62,993 bases of DNA, filler included, from Octopus bimaculoides (GCF_001194135.2; 5 parts of 4 records of this genome joined end to end with filler, not necessarily neighbours in it), one strand, 5' to 3'; counted from the whole stretch's first letter, positions 1-12,232 are shown. Notes: a model not told the origin generated them from the sequence alone. Program-made: numbers and translations.

Positions 1-178
1 GGCACGTAAAAGCACCCACTACACTCTCAGAGTGGTTGGCGTTAGGAAGGGCATCCAGCTGTAGAAACTCTACCAAATCTGATTGGAGCCTGGTGTAGCC
101 ATCTGGTTTCACCAGTCCTCAGTCAAATCATCTAACCCATGCTAGCATGGAAGGTGGACGTTAAACGATGATGATGAT
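1..178 (+). mobile_element. 3' UTR/tail of an RTE-clade LINE, ending in (GAT)n
   Basis: Same sequence follows the RTE ORF stop in the copies at 18590-19256 and 29480-30520; ends ...gttaaacgatgatgatgat. Confidence 0.85.
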
Positions 179-1187
179 CTCCGCATTCATTCTACCATCT
201 ATCACATGTAAATTGCCAGTGCCATTTGCAGAGAAACACCCCTACACAATGATGTTGCCACCTCCAAACTTTACAGTAGGAATTGTGTTTTTCGGCGAAT
301 CAGTGGTACCATCTTTCCTCCAAACATAGCTACGCAAATTTCATTCAAACAATTCAATTTTCGACTCGTCTGTCCAAAGAACATTTTCCTAGAATGTATC
401 AGATTTATCTTTATGTTCATAAACAAATTTTAAACAGCCATCTTTATGCCTTTTAGTCAACAGTGTAGTTTTTCTAGGAGAGCATGAATTCAGTTCATTC
501 CTGTGGAGCTCATTGCTGATTGTTCATAGTGTAACAATAGTCCCTGAAGCTAACAAATCTTGCAACTCCTTTCTGGTGATCATTGCATTTTTTTCGATAC
601 TTCACTTCATTTGTCTTAAAGATCTAGGGGAAGTCTTGTGTGGTGCACCAGATCTTATTCTGTTTTCAACAGTTTCCGATTTTTTATATCTTTGAATAAA
701 TGAAGATATGATAGAAAATGGAATACAAAGGGTCTCTGATATTTTCCTGTAGCTCTTACCTGCTTTCCTCTGTTCAATAATTAAGTTTTTCACTGAATTT
801 GCGAGTTCTTTACTTTTCGCCATTATTATGACACTACTTTATGTTGTCTCAGTGCTGAATGAAGAAGCTAGCGTTTTGACACTTAAAAATGACCACTGAT
901 AAGATTATTGGAACAAACGAGACAGTTCTAGTAAAAAAAAAATTATTTTAACAGTATTTTGTGGCATAGAAACTCATAAATTTATTCTGTATGAATACAT
1001 TTTTCACCCCTAAATATTTATAATTGTATATAAATTCATTAGTTACTATAGTTTATGATTTTCTTTTGCATGTTGTTAGTTTATGCATGTGTATGCAAAT
1101 ATAGTATTGGTATATCCCATTTATGTTCATTAGAAATTAAATAAATAAATAATTTTGACATGTACGAATATTTATTTCTCCCCACTG
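179..1187 (-). mobile_element. Degenerate Tc1-family DNA transposon (5' half)
   Basis: ORF 823-602 is a Tc1 HTH (MAKSKELANSVKNLIIEQRKAGKSYRKIS). Downstream frames give VLWTDESKIELF and TVKFGGGNIIV*GCFSANGTGNL. TIR-like CAGTGGGGAGAAATAAATATTC at 1187-1166, with a related inner repeat near 993-1012. Confidence 0.9.
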
Positions 1188-2229
1188 TGTATATGCTATA
1201 TATNNNNNNNNNNTGAAAGGTTGTTAATCATACAATTTTGTGTGCACATCAATTTAAATAAGAGCTATAACGCGATCCATTGTAAAGACTTTATTAATGA
1301 CCTATGAACATTTCGATGCAATATCCCGACTCACTCCTGTATGTATAAGATATGGAATATTGTATCTCTTCAGGGTCAGATTTGATTAATTCATAGCAGA
1401 CAGTAAATAACAGACAACATTAAAAGTTGTCTTTAAATTACATGTGTATAAACAGGTTGAAATGACATGAAACATATTGACACTGCATACAATATTGGTT
1501 AAGAAAACCGTTACATAGTAAAGTAAGTAAGTAAGTCAGTAGTGTTGTTAAATTAGGATATTAACCTAAGATGTTAAGTAGTGAAAGAGTAAGGGACACT
1601 GTAAATTTCAATAACGACCGTTGGACTTTTGAAAGTTAATAAAACGAAGAAAGAAAATAAACTGCTATATATTATAATAAAAAAATATATTTATAAATTA
1701 ATGGTCAAAGAGAGGTAAATCTAGTAAATAATATTTATGTAAAATATAATCTACTCAAATGTATATAATCATATCAAATAATTATATTTCATTTTAAGTT
1801 TAGAACAGTAATGAGACTTATTTTAAGGTTATGTAAACAAGATAAATTAGAGAATATGAATTATAGATAATAAATGATAATAAGTAAAATAAATTAGGTT
1901 ACATTCAGATTGCAGCTATCAAAGTTTAAGAAAAATTATAATAAATTAACTTAGTAATGGGGTTCAGATACAATGTTAAAAATAATATCAAAAGAAGGAA
2001 CGGATTTAATCGATAATGTAAAAAGTAAACAAATATAACGATGTAATCGTTATTATCTCACATATACATATAAATGAAAAATTAAGTAACTATTATGATG
2101 TAAAGTAGATAGATGAAAACGACACCATTATATCAAATAATTCATTAGATACTTGAGAAAAAATCCCAACTCACTTAAAAAGTTTTATCTGTAATGTACT
2201 ATAATAAAAATAAAGTTAAAGTTAACATA

Positions 2230-3440
2230 AAAAAATTTTTTATCCATGGTCAAATAGATGTAAGTCTGGCAAAATAATATATATTTATAGAATCTAAATA
2301 AATCAGTCATTGTTATTAATCCTATCAAATCATTATGTTGTTTTTTTAAAAAAGTATTTATACCAAGAATTTGACACAAATTATCGCCGCTCATAACTTG
2401 AAACTATTAAGCTCTAATTTTATTGAAGAGTCTAGTAATATAAATATAGGTAATAATCTGAATTTTCCAGGTGATACAGTTATAGATAATCTAAAAGTCA
2501 ACAAAAATAATAGTACCAATATTGATAATAACAATAACATAGTAATATCTGAACTTAATCCTAATAGAATTAAATTCCTAAATGGAAATGCAAAAACTAA
2601 AAATACTGTATACAAGTGTAATGTTTTAACCAAAAATGGAATTAAGATTTATAGTGGTTCGTCTTTGCTTGAAATCTCGAAAAGAATATCGAATCATTAT
2701 TCATCATTTAGAGATAGAAAGAAACAAAATAGCACGGCGCTTAGTAGTTTAATTTGGCAACTTAAGGACCAAAATAAGGAGTATTCTTTAGAATGGTCAA
2801 TTATATGAAAATCTTCCCTTACGACAAGGGCAAAGATTTTTGTTTCCTCTGTAATTTAGAATTGTATTTCATACTTTTTTCTAAGGGTGACCTAGTTAAC
2901 AAAATCACATATAAAGCTTTCAGATGTCTACATATGAATAAACATACGTTTCTATTTCTTTAATCTATTTTGGAGATGTTAGTTAACTACATACTAGGAT
3001 ATTATTTTAACTTGGTTTAGCTTTAACTACATACCAGGATATTATATTAAATTTGTTTAGCTTTAATTTCATATAACCTTTTCACATATGTACAATGGTA
3101 AGTTTGGTTCCTACTTTATTGAAGTTTCTCTTATAATTCTTTGTATAGATGACATTGAAATTTTGGTTGACTGCTTGCTTTATCGTTTTAATCCCTTCAT
3201 TTATTTAATCTTATTATTATTAAGTTAATGCATATTTAAGATTTTGATGGTTGCTATTTGAGTGTAACCTAATTTAGTTTTACTTTGTAATTTATTATTT
3301 ATAATCTCTTATTTATCTTGATTACATATCCTTTATTTGTCTCATAAATTATCTAAATTAACTATTGCTTAACCATTTTCTCACACTGTCTCTGATGAAG
3401 GGATATAATAAATATCCTGGAAACAGCTGTAAGACCTATT
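2230..3440 (+). mobile_element. Penelope-like retroelement, 3' part (GIY-YIG endonuclease + terminal repeat region)
   Basis: ORF 2371-2808 (NTVYKCNVLTKNGIKIYSGSS..KRISNHYSSF..NSTALSSLIWQLK..EWSII) continues after a frameshift as PYDKGKDFCFLCNLE..RCLHMNK; hammerhead motif at 3388-3435. 5' boundary approximate. Confidence 0.85.
3388..3435 (+). ncRNA. Minimal type I hammerhead ribozyme motif (PLE-type)
   Basis: GTCT-CTGATGA-AG-GGATAT-aataa-ATATCC-TG-GAAA-CAGCTGTA/AGAC: stem I GTCT:AGAC, stem II 6 bp, palindromic ACAGCTGT stem III, GUA cleavage triplet. Confidence 0.8.
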
Positions 3441-3498
3441 TATAAATGTTCTTAAATCTTCACAGCTTTGGTTTTTTTAATCTCATTGTGAAAAAAAT

Positions 3499-3574
<76 letters not shown>

Positions 3575-3740
3575 ATATATATATATTTGTTTTGCAAGAT
3601 TCTTGATGTGAAATCATGTGTTGAAACAGATATTGTTGTATTTGGGGATGGTCATGTTGCCAGTTTAGCTAATAAAAACACACGCACTATATATTTGGTG
3701 TTAATTTGCTTCAGCTTTATATTACATTAATCGTATTTCA

Positions 3741-3782
3741 GCCAGAGTTCTTTCGTCACACTTCTGTGACCTCATCAGTGGT
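3741..3782 (-). ncRNA. Minimal hammerhead ribozyme motif (PLE-type), antisense
   Basis: Reverse complement ACCA-CTGATGA-G-GTCACA-gaag-TGTGAC-GAAA-GAACTC/TGGC: 6-bp stem II, CUC triplet, 3-bp stem I. Confidence 0.68.
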
Positions 3783-4272
3783 CCTTTGCTTTCTTCTTTC
3801 TTATTTGTGTGTCCCCCCTTACTAACGATTACCCATTTTGCATTTTGTATTCCTATTGTATGTGTCTATATTTGTGCATGCATATCTCTCTATGTGTGTC
3901 TATGTTTGTCTATGTTTAGTAAGTGCATGTGTGTGTATGGGGAGTGCCTGTATTATCTCTATCCTCTGTTTATACATGTTCGTTTAATTTGTTTTTATTT
4001 ATTTGTTCATGTGTTTATACCTACTTTTTTTTTGTATTCAATTTAATTTTGTCAACGTATGTAGTTATTTAATTCCATTTGTTTATCTGTGTATTGTATT
4101 ATATTTTGTTCTTATTGTTATCAGTTTATGGGGATTTTATTGTCATATCTTGTGGTTTGTTGGGGGTGTATGCTAGTGTTCCATTCCAGTTTCCTATTCA
4201 GGCTAGGTTTATCTAGATAATACAGATAATACAGGCACTCCCCATGCACATTTAAGTGGCAAATATACTTCA

Positions 4273-4605
4273 TGTTGTCGTGCTGCTACTGTTTATACCT
4301 CGTTCAGAGATTTATTATTGCTTGTTTACACTTTTTTGAGATCAGTGAATTTTCATCACTGCAAAAAAGATATATGTATTTGCATTGGGACCCCTTCGCA
4401 TCAAAGATCGGTGATTGTCATACGCTGATGAAGGGTAAATACCCAGAAACCTGGATCTATGCGTATCACGTCAGATCGACGATGAGAGGGATGACTTCCC
4501 TTTGCAAATACCAACAAGGCACAGAAAGTGTGTCAATAGCCAGCTGGAGGAGATGTTCTCCTGGGGCTACAAGCTACAGTAGCATTCGCCCTTAGGGGTT
4601 AGCTG
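4273..4605. mobile_element. 333-nt insertion between 24-bp direct repeats, with a hammerhead-like core
   Basis: CATTTAAGTGGCAAATATACTTCA at 4249-4272 and 4606-4629; CTGATGA(4425)-A-GGGTA-aa-TACCC-A-GAAA(4446) inside. Confidence 0.6.
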
Positions 4606-6047
4606 CATTTAAGTGGCAAATATACTTCACATATATGTATTAACCTATTTAGCTAAATTGATGTAATGATTGCATTGTTCAATTAAATGGAGTTGCATGA
4701 AACAATTGTACTGCATTACCTCTGGATATCCTTGTTGCTTGTATGCGACTCCATTTATTTAAGCAATGTGAACATTACATCAAATGTAAAATGCAAATGC
4801 AGCTTTACAAAGATATAGAAATTTACTGAAATTTCATTTCAACAGAAGAACATATTTTTATAACCACATTTAAACTCTCCAAGTTGAAACGAAGAATACA
4901 AAAAAAACCATTTTGACTTAGCCAGATCATACATGCTAATCTGTATTCTTCCTTTCTACTTGGAGAGTTTAAATATAGATTTTGATTTAGGTACAAGGCT
5001 AACAGTTTTGAGGGGAGGGGTTTTGTTGTTATCATCGACCACAGTACTTGACTGGTACTTTATTTCATCAATCCTAAAAAGATGAAATGCAAAGTTGACC
5101 TCAACAGGATTTAAATACAGAATGTGAACAGCCAGAAAGAAAGATATTTTGTCTAACTCTCTTAACAACTCACCCAGTAAGAAGCTGAGTAAGGTATATG
5201 TTACAGTAACCAGTTTATTTGAACACATGCATTAATATATGAAGAGACTACAACTTTGCATGTAACACCTCTATTTTTTCCAGAACATACTACTGCTGAA
5301 ATTCTAATGCTGGCACTAGATGTAGAACCAAAAAAAAACTGGAACTTAGAACAAGTACAACTTGTTTGCCAGGAGCCATCCAGTAGGCTATTTGCTCTAC
5401 TCTTTGAGGCTGAAATATAGGATAGAGGACTGCTTTGATACAAGTTGCTTGCCTGAAGTATAGAAGGGACTCTGAGATACTTTGAGTCCCCACTCCTGTA
5501 ACGACTACAGCACTAATGAATGGAAATAGATCTGTGTGTAATGTAACCTTTGAAAAAGAAATCTGTTTTTTATTTTTTGTGCTACAAGTTAATTTGTGTT
5601 GAAGTTGATATAAACCTAGACATCTAACATTTGGCTGTCATGCATATAGGTCACTATGTTCTCATGTGGTTTGATGTCTTAATACTCTTATTAGCACAAT
5701 TCTAGTTGAACATAATTGCATGCAAGTTATTGTATGGTTTTAAAACTCAAGGTTGAAATTCGTTGTAGTTCATATTATTGAGTAAGGTGATATCATATCT
5801 AGTCTGACATGTTCTTTCCAGCTTTGTGATATGCTTTTCTGGAGGGATCAGATATGTTACTTCACCTGTATTTGCATAAATGTAAAGTAGCATTTAATAT
5901 GAGTGGCAAGTTTTAAGGATGCTCCTCAGAGAGCTTTCTTTTGATATAAGTTCAATATTATTTAATACACAGACCTGAACTAGGTCTGGATACAATTATT
6001 TGGTCGATTAGGGTACCTCAGGCAATCAGTTTTGCTTTTTAAATGTA

Positions 6048-6605
6048 TTGGGTCATCCCATAAATAATGCAGTTTTTTAATACTTCTTTTATTTTTCAAA
6101 ATTAATATAAACACAGTTCTATTTTAAGCTAAAATATATTCTTCTTCATTTTCTACAATGCTCTTCCATCTATCTGGTAAACTTGCAAGGCTCCTCTTCC
6201 AAAATTCACTTGTCCATGACGAAAAATACTCCTCCAGTACTGTTCTGACCTCATCTACAGAATTTGTATTTTTTCTGTCCAAATGATTTTGAAGACTGTG
6301 GAATAAATGATAATCAGATGGGACAATGCCTGGCTAAAATGGTGGGTGGGGTAGCTGCTCCAGCCTTTGGAATGTCATCCTCGCTGTATATGACCGAGCT
6401 TTACCCTGATGGAAGAACACCTTTTGTCTTGAAACCAAAGATGGTCATTTTTCTTCTACTGCTAACTTAAGCTGCTCACAGTAGACCTCCTTTGTTATCG
6501 TTTGGTTTGGGTTTAAATGTTCAAAGTGGACTAAACCTTTCATATCCCACCAAACAGTTAACAACACCTTATGTGAGTGAAGACCTTCTTTAGCTTGGGG
6601 TGCTG
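6048..6605 (-). mobile_element. Degenerate mariner (DD34D-type) transposon, 3' half
   Basis: Minus-strand GLHSHKVLLTVWWDMKGLVHFE, FHQGKARS, PHPPF*PGIVPSDYHLF, RWKSIVENEEEYI*; TA followed by terminal TTGGGTCATCCCATAAATAATGC at 6048. Confidence 0.88.
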
Positions 6606-6612
6606 GTGTGCG

Positions 6613-6645
<33 letters not shown>

Positions 6646-7070
6646 CATTAGTTGTTATTGTTGTTTATCACCCGGTCAGCTCTGACCCAACAGATCAATG
6701 ATCAAAAGCATTGCACACATGGTCAACCTACTTTTTACTTTTCATGCATAGTGTATCCTGGAATACATTATCTAATGTGCTCTTCAAGAAAAACAGGATG
6801 TGACATGAAGGAGACTAAGGCTTGGGATGGTGATGGTTGGAATACTCTTAAAAACAGACTATATAGTCACAGTTCAAATGCTTTTAAAAAAGGCTGTATT
6901 GTCACATATGGCATTTTTAACCTCTGTATTAACTGACGTGGTCTTTAGTTTTTCATGTGAATAGAGGCAAAAAAAAAAAAAAAAACTGGAAAAGTGCTGA
7001 TTTTCATTAATCTGATAGGTCTGAAAACGTCATTTGTTTATTTATAAATTTGTTTTCCTTTTCCTAACAG

Positions 7071-7209
7071 ATGTTGCCCATTTGCAAAACAGCATTTGGT
7101 TTACAGAGACATTTTTATAGAGCAATGTCTTCATACAGCAGTTTTGTCCACAACAAGGCCTATATCAATGGAGAGTGGATATCTTCTCAAGATGGGAAAA
7201 TGTTTAAAG
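7071..7209 (+). CDS. ALDH5A1: Succinate-semialdehyde dehydrogenase, coding exon 1 (putative mitochondrial presequence + start of ALDH domain)
   Basis: ATG directly after polypyrimidine tract + CAG (7068-7070). Encodes MLPICKTAFGLQRHFYRAMSSYSSFVHNKAYINGEWISSQDGKMFK; AYINGEW is the usual ALDH start. GT donor at 7210, phase 1, matching exon 2. Confidence 0.88.
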
Positions 7210-8192
7210 GTAAATTAATACTACAAAATATTTTAGATGGAATATTTACAATACTGTTTGTATTATTTGCTTTTTGAAAATTATGACCTCATTCTCTTCC
7301 TAATTATTTATACACTTGCAATAACATTAACTTATCACCACTTAAACCGTAGACATGAAAGCCTTTTAGCTATGCAGATTGAGATGATCTGAAGACATTC
7401 TATTGTTGTCTTAAGTAAACAAATATAATTTGGTCACTTCTTATGGATCTGTTTCAGTACAATCATCTCTCGAAATGATAATCATTCTGAAATAAATTTT
7501 CCTTTCAGTTTTGGCTTGGTTTTTACAACTTCATGCCCTTCTTTTATCAACCACTTTAGAATGTATTCAGTGCATTTTATTGTACCACCAACACCAAAGA
7601 AGTCATATCCTGAACAAGACAAAATGAATGGTCCTCTTGATCCAACATTGTCTCCATTTGTTAGCGAGGTTGTCTTGTACTCTGCAAAACAAAAGATGCT
7701 TTCACTGCTCTATAATGTCCCTGTTTTTACTGGTTAGTGTCACAATGAAGTGGGTAGAAAAAAGAGTAATTGCAAGTGATGAATTCAAGTGACAAGAAGA
7801 AAGGAGCCAGGTAACAGGATGAAGGAATGGCAGGTCGATTGATTGAGATGGTAATGGCAAGGGATAATGGGAAAGAGGACAAGGAATGGATAATCATAAA
7901 AATTGGTGGTAATTGGTGCTGGATGTAGCTAGCAGCATAGAAAGATAATAGAAAGCTGTGTGATGGATGTAGGTAGCAGTATAGAAAAGTGGTATCAAAA
8001 ATGAAAATGGAAAGAAAACACAGAACCTTACATATACATATGGATACATACATGCATACAACTCCTTGACACAAAGACAAGTCATTCATAATACATCCAT
8101 ATGAATACACATACATACATAGAGCATTGAAGTGTAACACATGCACGCACATACATATACATTCATACAAATGCATGAGCACATACACTCAC

Positions 8193-8551
8193 ACGTCGAG
8201 GGTTCCAGTCGATCCGATCAACGGAACAGCCTGCTTGTGAAATTAACATGCAAGTGGCTGAGCACTCCACAGACACGTGTACCCTTAACGTAGTTCTCGG
8301 GGATATTCAGTGTGACACAGTGTGACAAGGCTGACCCTTTGAATTACAGGCACAAAAGAAACAGGAAGTAAGTGTGAGAGAAAGTTGCGGTGGAAGAGTA
8401 CAGCAGGATTTGCCACCATCCCCTGCCGGAGCCTCGTGGAGTTTTAGGTGTTTTCGCTCAATAAACACTCACAACACCCGGTCTGGGAATCGAAACCATG
8501 ATCCTATGACCGTGAGTCTGCTGCCCTAACCACTGGGCCATTGTGCCTCCA
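8193..8551 (-). mobile_element. tRNA-derived SINE, near full length
   Basis: Minus-strand head TGGAGGCACAATGGCCCAGTGGTTAGGGCAGCAGACTC..GGTTTCGATTCCCAG with A and B boxes; body aligns closely with 35392-35724. Confidence 0.88.
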
Positions 8552-8975
8552 CTATAAAATATATAGGAGGTGGTATTAGACATATTGAAAGAAGAATATA
8601 AGGAAAGGTAATGAAATAAGGAGGTCAGGTTAGGAGAGAAGAAAACAAATTCGTAACAGCAACAGTCTTATTGTATACCTCAACATAAAAGAAAACAACA
8701 AGTGTATGAACAGGGTATTGAAATACAGATTAGAATAATAGATAAAAAGCTTGAAACTCTTGGTCCTTGAATCACTTTGTAACTTCTGCAGATTAAAAGT
8801 AATAAAATTTATTTACTCATGGATTGAGTTCTATTTATCCTGTTTCTTCTACCAAACCTAGAATATATATATGATTAGAGATAAAGTAGAGTAGAAAATA
8901 TAAAATTAGAACAATAAATAAATTAAGTAGAGATGATAGAAGAATGTTAAATATATTAATAAGGTAAATTTTTAG

Positions 8976-9076
8976 TTGGAGCCTGGTGTTGCCATCCGGT
9001 TTCACCAGTCCTCAGTCAAGTCGTCCAACCCATGCTAGCATGGAAAGCGGACGTTAAACGATGATGATGATGATGA
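8976..9076 (+). mobile_element. 5'-truncated RTE LINE tail + (GAT)n
   Basis: Matches 83-178. Confidence 0.85.
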
Positions 9077-9198
9077 TATATATATATACATATACATACA
9101 CCCACATATTTACAGAGATATGCACTCACACATACACACATATCTATACATACACGTATATATACATATATACTCATACATACATAAATATGTATATG

Positions 9199-9253
<55 letters not shown>

Positions 9254-9913
9254 GCACTCTTTGTACCCATCACCCCTAAAAAGAAATTAATACAGATCCA
9301 TATTAGTCAGTCAATGCCTATTGGTTATTGACATTTTGAATTAGTGTGTTTATACTCTAGAGTTTCAAGGAAAGTATATCTATTCTTAACAGTTTTGTAA
9401 AATATTGATGTCTAAATGTACAAATGAATATAACTTCATACACAGATATGCATGTGTGCATACAGTTAATTGTAGATATACATACATGCACACCTATGCC
9501 TATACATGCATACACACACACGCAGATACATGTACATGCCTGCACAGACATAAACATATACATACATATTCATGCATTTAGACACACACATATATGAAAA
9601 TATATAGATGTGTCTACATATACGTCCGTGTATGCACACATATACATATATATCAGCATACATATATACACACACACATTCATACTTATGCATACATACA
9701 TACACGTACATACATATATACACACACACACACAGAGGCATGCATGCATGCATACTTACATGTCCATGTACACATGTATGTGCATCTGCTTGTATATATA
9801 TATGCATGCCTACATAAAAACACATACATGTGCACACGCATGTACACGTGTACATACTCATATGTATATGTACATACCTACATATACAGGCATTTGCTCA
9901 TACACATACACAC

Positions 9914-9914
<1 letters not shown>

Positions 9915-9949
<35 letters not shown>

Positions 9950-10252
9950 TTAATGTCCACTTTCCATGCTGGCATTGCTTTGACAGTTTGTTTGAGGACT
10001 GGCAAGACAGGGGGCTGCACTAGGCTCCAATTTGATTTGGCAAGGTTTCTACACCTGGATGCCCTTCCTAACGCCAACCACTCCAAGAGTGTAGTGGGTG
10101 ATTTTTACATGCATCGGGGTCAGTCAGGTGGCAATGGCATTTACCACACTCAAATGGGACTTTTTATGTGCCACTGGCACAGGACCCTGCTTGGATGTTG
10201 CTTTTTATGTGCCACTGGCATGTATGCCAGTCAGGTGGTACTGGCATTGCCC
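9915..10252 (-). mobile_element. RTE LINE 3' UTR, antisense
   Basis: (CAT)n then the reverse complement of the 1-178 tail, with additional internal tttttatgtgccac repeats. Confidence 0.85.
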
Positions 10253-12015
10253 ACATACATCTATTCATATACATACATATATACATAAATACACATCCGC
10301 ATACATGCTTAGAATATATCTATACATACCCATAATTAATTACGTATATGTGTGGACACCACACTTCCTGCTTAACACATAAAGTTTCAGCCCCTTTTTT
10401 TTAAAGAAAACACAACTCTCAATTCCATGCATCCTAATCTTTCTAACAATTATCTACATGGATTACCATTGAACTTTAAAAGCTCAAAGACAATATAATG
10501 TATTGGTATATTTATTATTTTTGTATACATTCTCCCTCTTCTTGAAAATTCCCCATGCAATGAAAGCCAGTTAGAAATCCTTTTTAATCCTCCTTATACA
10601 CTTCTATATTAAAATATGCTTTCAGTTTAGCATTCTGCCTTATTATTATTTTTTATTTTCCTATTATTTCTCCATGTGCGGCTAACACAACCCCACCATT
10701 TACTGACTTNNNNNNNNNNNNNNNNNNNNNNNNNNNNNNNNNNNNNNNNNNNNNNNNNNNNNNNNNNNNNNNNNNNNNNNNNNNNNNNNNNNNNNNNNNN
10801 NNNNNNNNNNNNNNNNNNNNNNNNNNNNNNNNNNNNNNNNNNNNNNNNNNNNNNNNNNNNNNNNNNNNNNNNNNNNNNNNNNNNNNNNNNNNNNNNNNNN
10901 NNNNNNNNNNNNNNNNNNNNNNNNNNNNNNNNNNNNNNNNNNNNNNNNNNNNNNNNNNNNNNNNNNNNNNNNNNNNNNNNNNNNNNNNNNNNNNNNNNNN
11001 NNNNNNNNNNNNNNNNNNNNNNNNNNNNNNNNNNNNNNNNNNNNNNNNNNNNNNNNNNNNNNNNNNNNNNNNNNNNNNNNNNNNNNNNNNNNNNNNNNNN
11101 NNNNNNNNNNNNNNNNNNNNNNNNNNNNNNNNNTATGACGTAGCGGAAGGAATTAGTAGCAGGAATGGTTAGTGGATGCTTATAGACAGTGTTAGGTGGA
11201 AGGTCAACAGGCGGTTATTTGAGTATGTGTGTGTTCGTGTTTGTGTGGGGTTGTAGGTGTTGGGTACGTGTACGTGTGTGTGTGTATTTTGTATGTGCGC
11301 ATATGTGTATGTTGTGTATATGGGCGTTGCTGTGTACGTGTGTGTGCGTGCGTTTGCTATTGTATGTGCGTGTGTTGTTTATGCCCATGTGTGTGTGATT
11401 GTATGCATGTCTGTGTGAGTGTGTAGTGTTGGTGAGAAATATATATATAATGAACACACACACACACACATATATCAATGTACAAGTGAGGATATAAACC
11501 TCAGTGCGATAAAAATATCCAAGATTAGACTGGTTGAATGCCTAGCAAAGCAAGCATACATATATAGTATTATTAATATTATACAAAACAAGAGAGAAGA
11601 TGGAGATAAGATTAATGAAAGTTTATTATCATTGACAAGATCAGACCTATAATTGTTTCAATTCATCACTTGCAGCATAAAAATTAACCAAATTTGATTT
11701 AATTTAACTAAATTAATTTGGTTAATTACTACAAGTGAGGGAAGGATGCACAAAAGAATTTATATTTAAGACAAAATGAAAACATGAAAATAAGAAGAAT
11801 ACAGTGTACCATTATAGTTAAAAATATATACACAGTTTATAAAAATAGATACAGTTATAAAAAATATAGTTAGTGATAATGTTGACATACCCATGCAAAA
11901 TATGAAAAATGGTGATGATGGGTAAAAAACAATAGACTTTATTAAATTATGGGAATAGAGAAGTGAAATAATGAGATTCAATATAAACATATATACTTAC
12001 ACGTACGTAATACAT

Positions 12016-12058
<43 letters not shown>

Positions 12059-12232
12059 TACGTATAAAGGAAAATAGAAAGTAGAAGTAATTGTGCTGAA
12101 ATGAGCTTCCATAGATTCGGATAGAAGAAGAGTAAAACTAGACATGGAGAACACAGCAAAAAATATAAGATGAAATATTAAGGGAAGTTTGGAATGAAAA
12201 TAAGATAGAAGATAATTAACGAATGAAACTAA

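Noticed and set aside
1355-1392. Minus-strand CTGAAGA core followed by a short hairpin
   Set aside because: No GAAA or cleavage-site strand follows.
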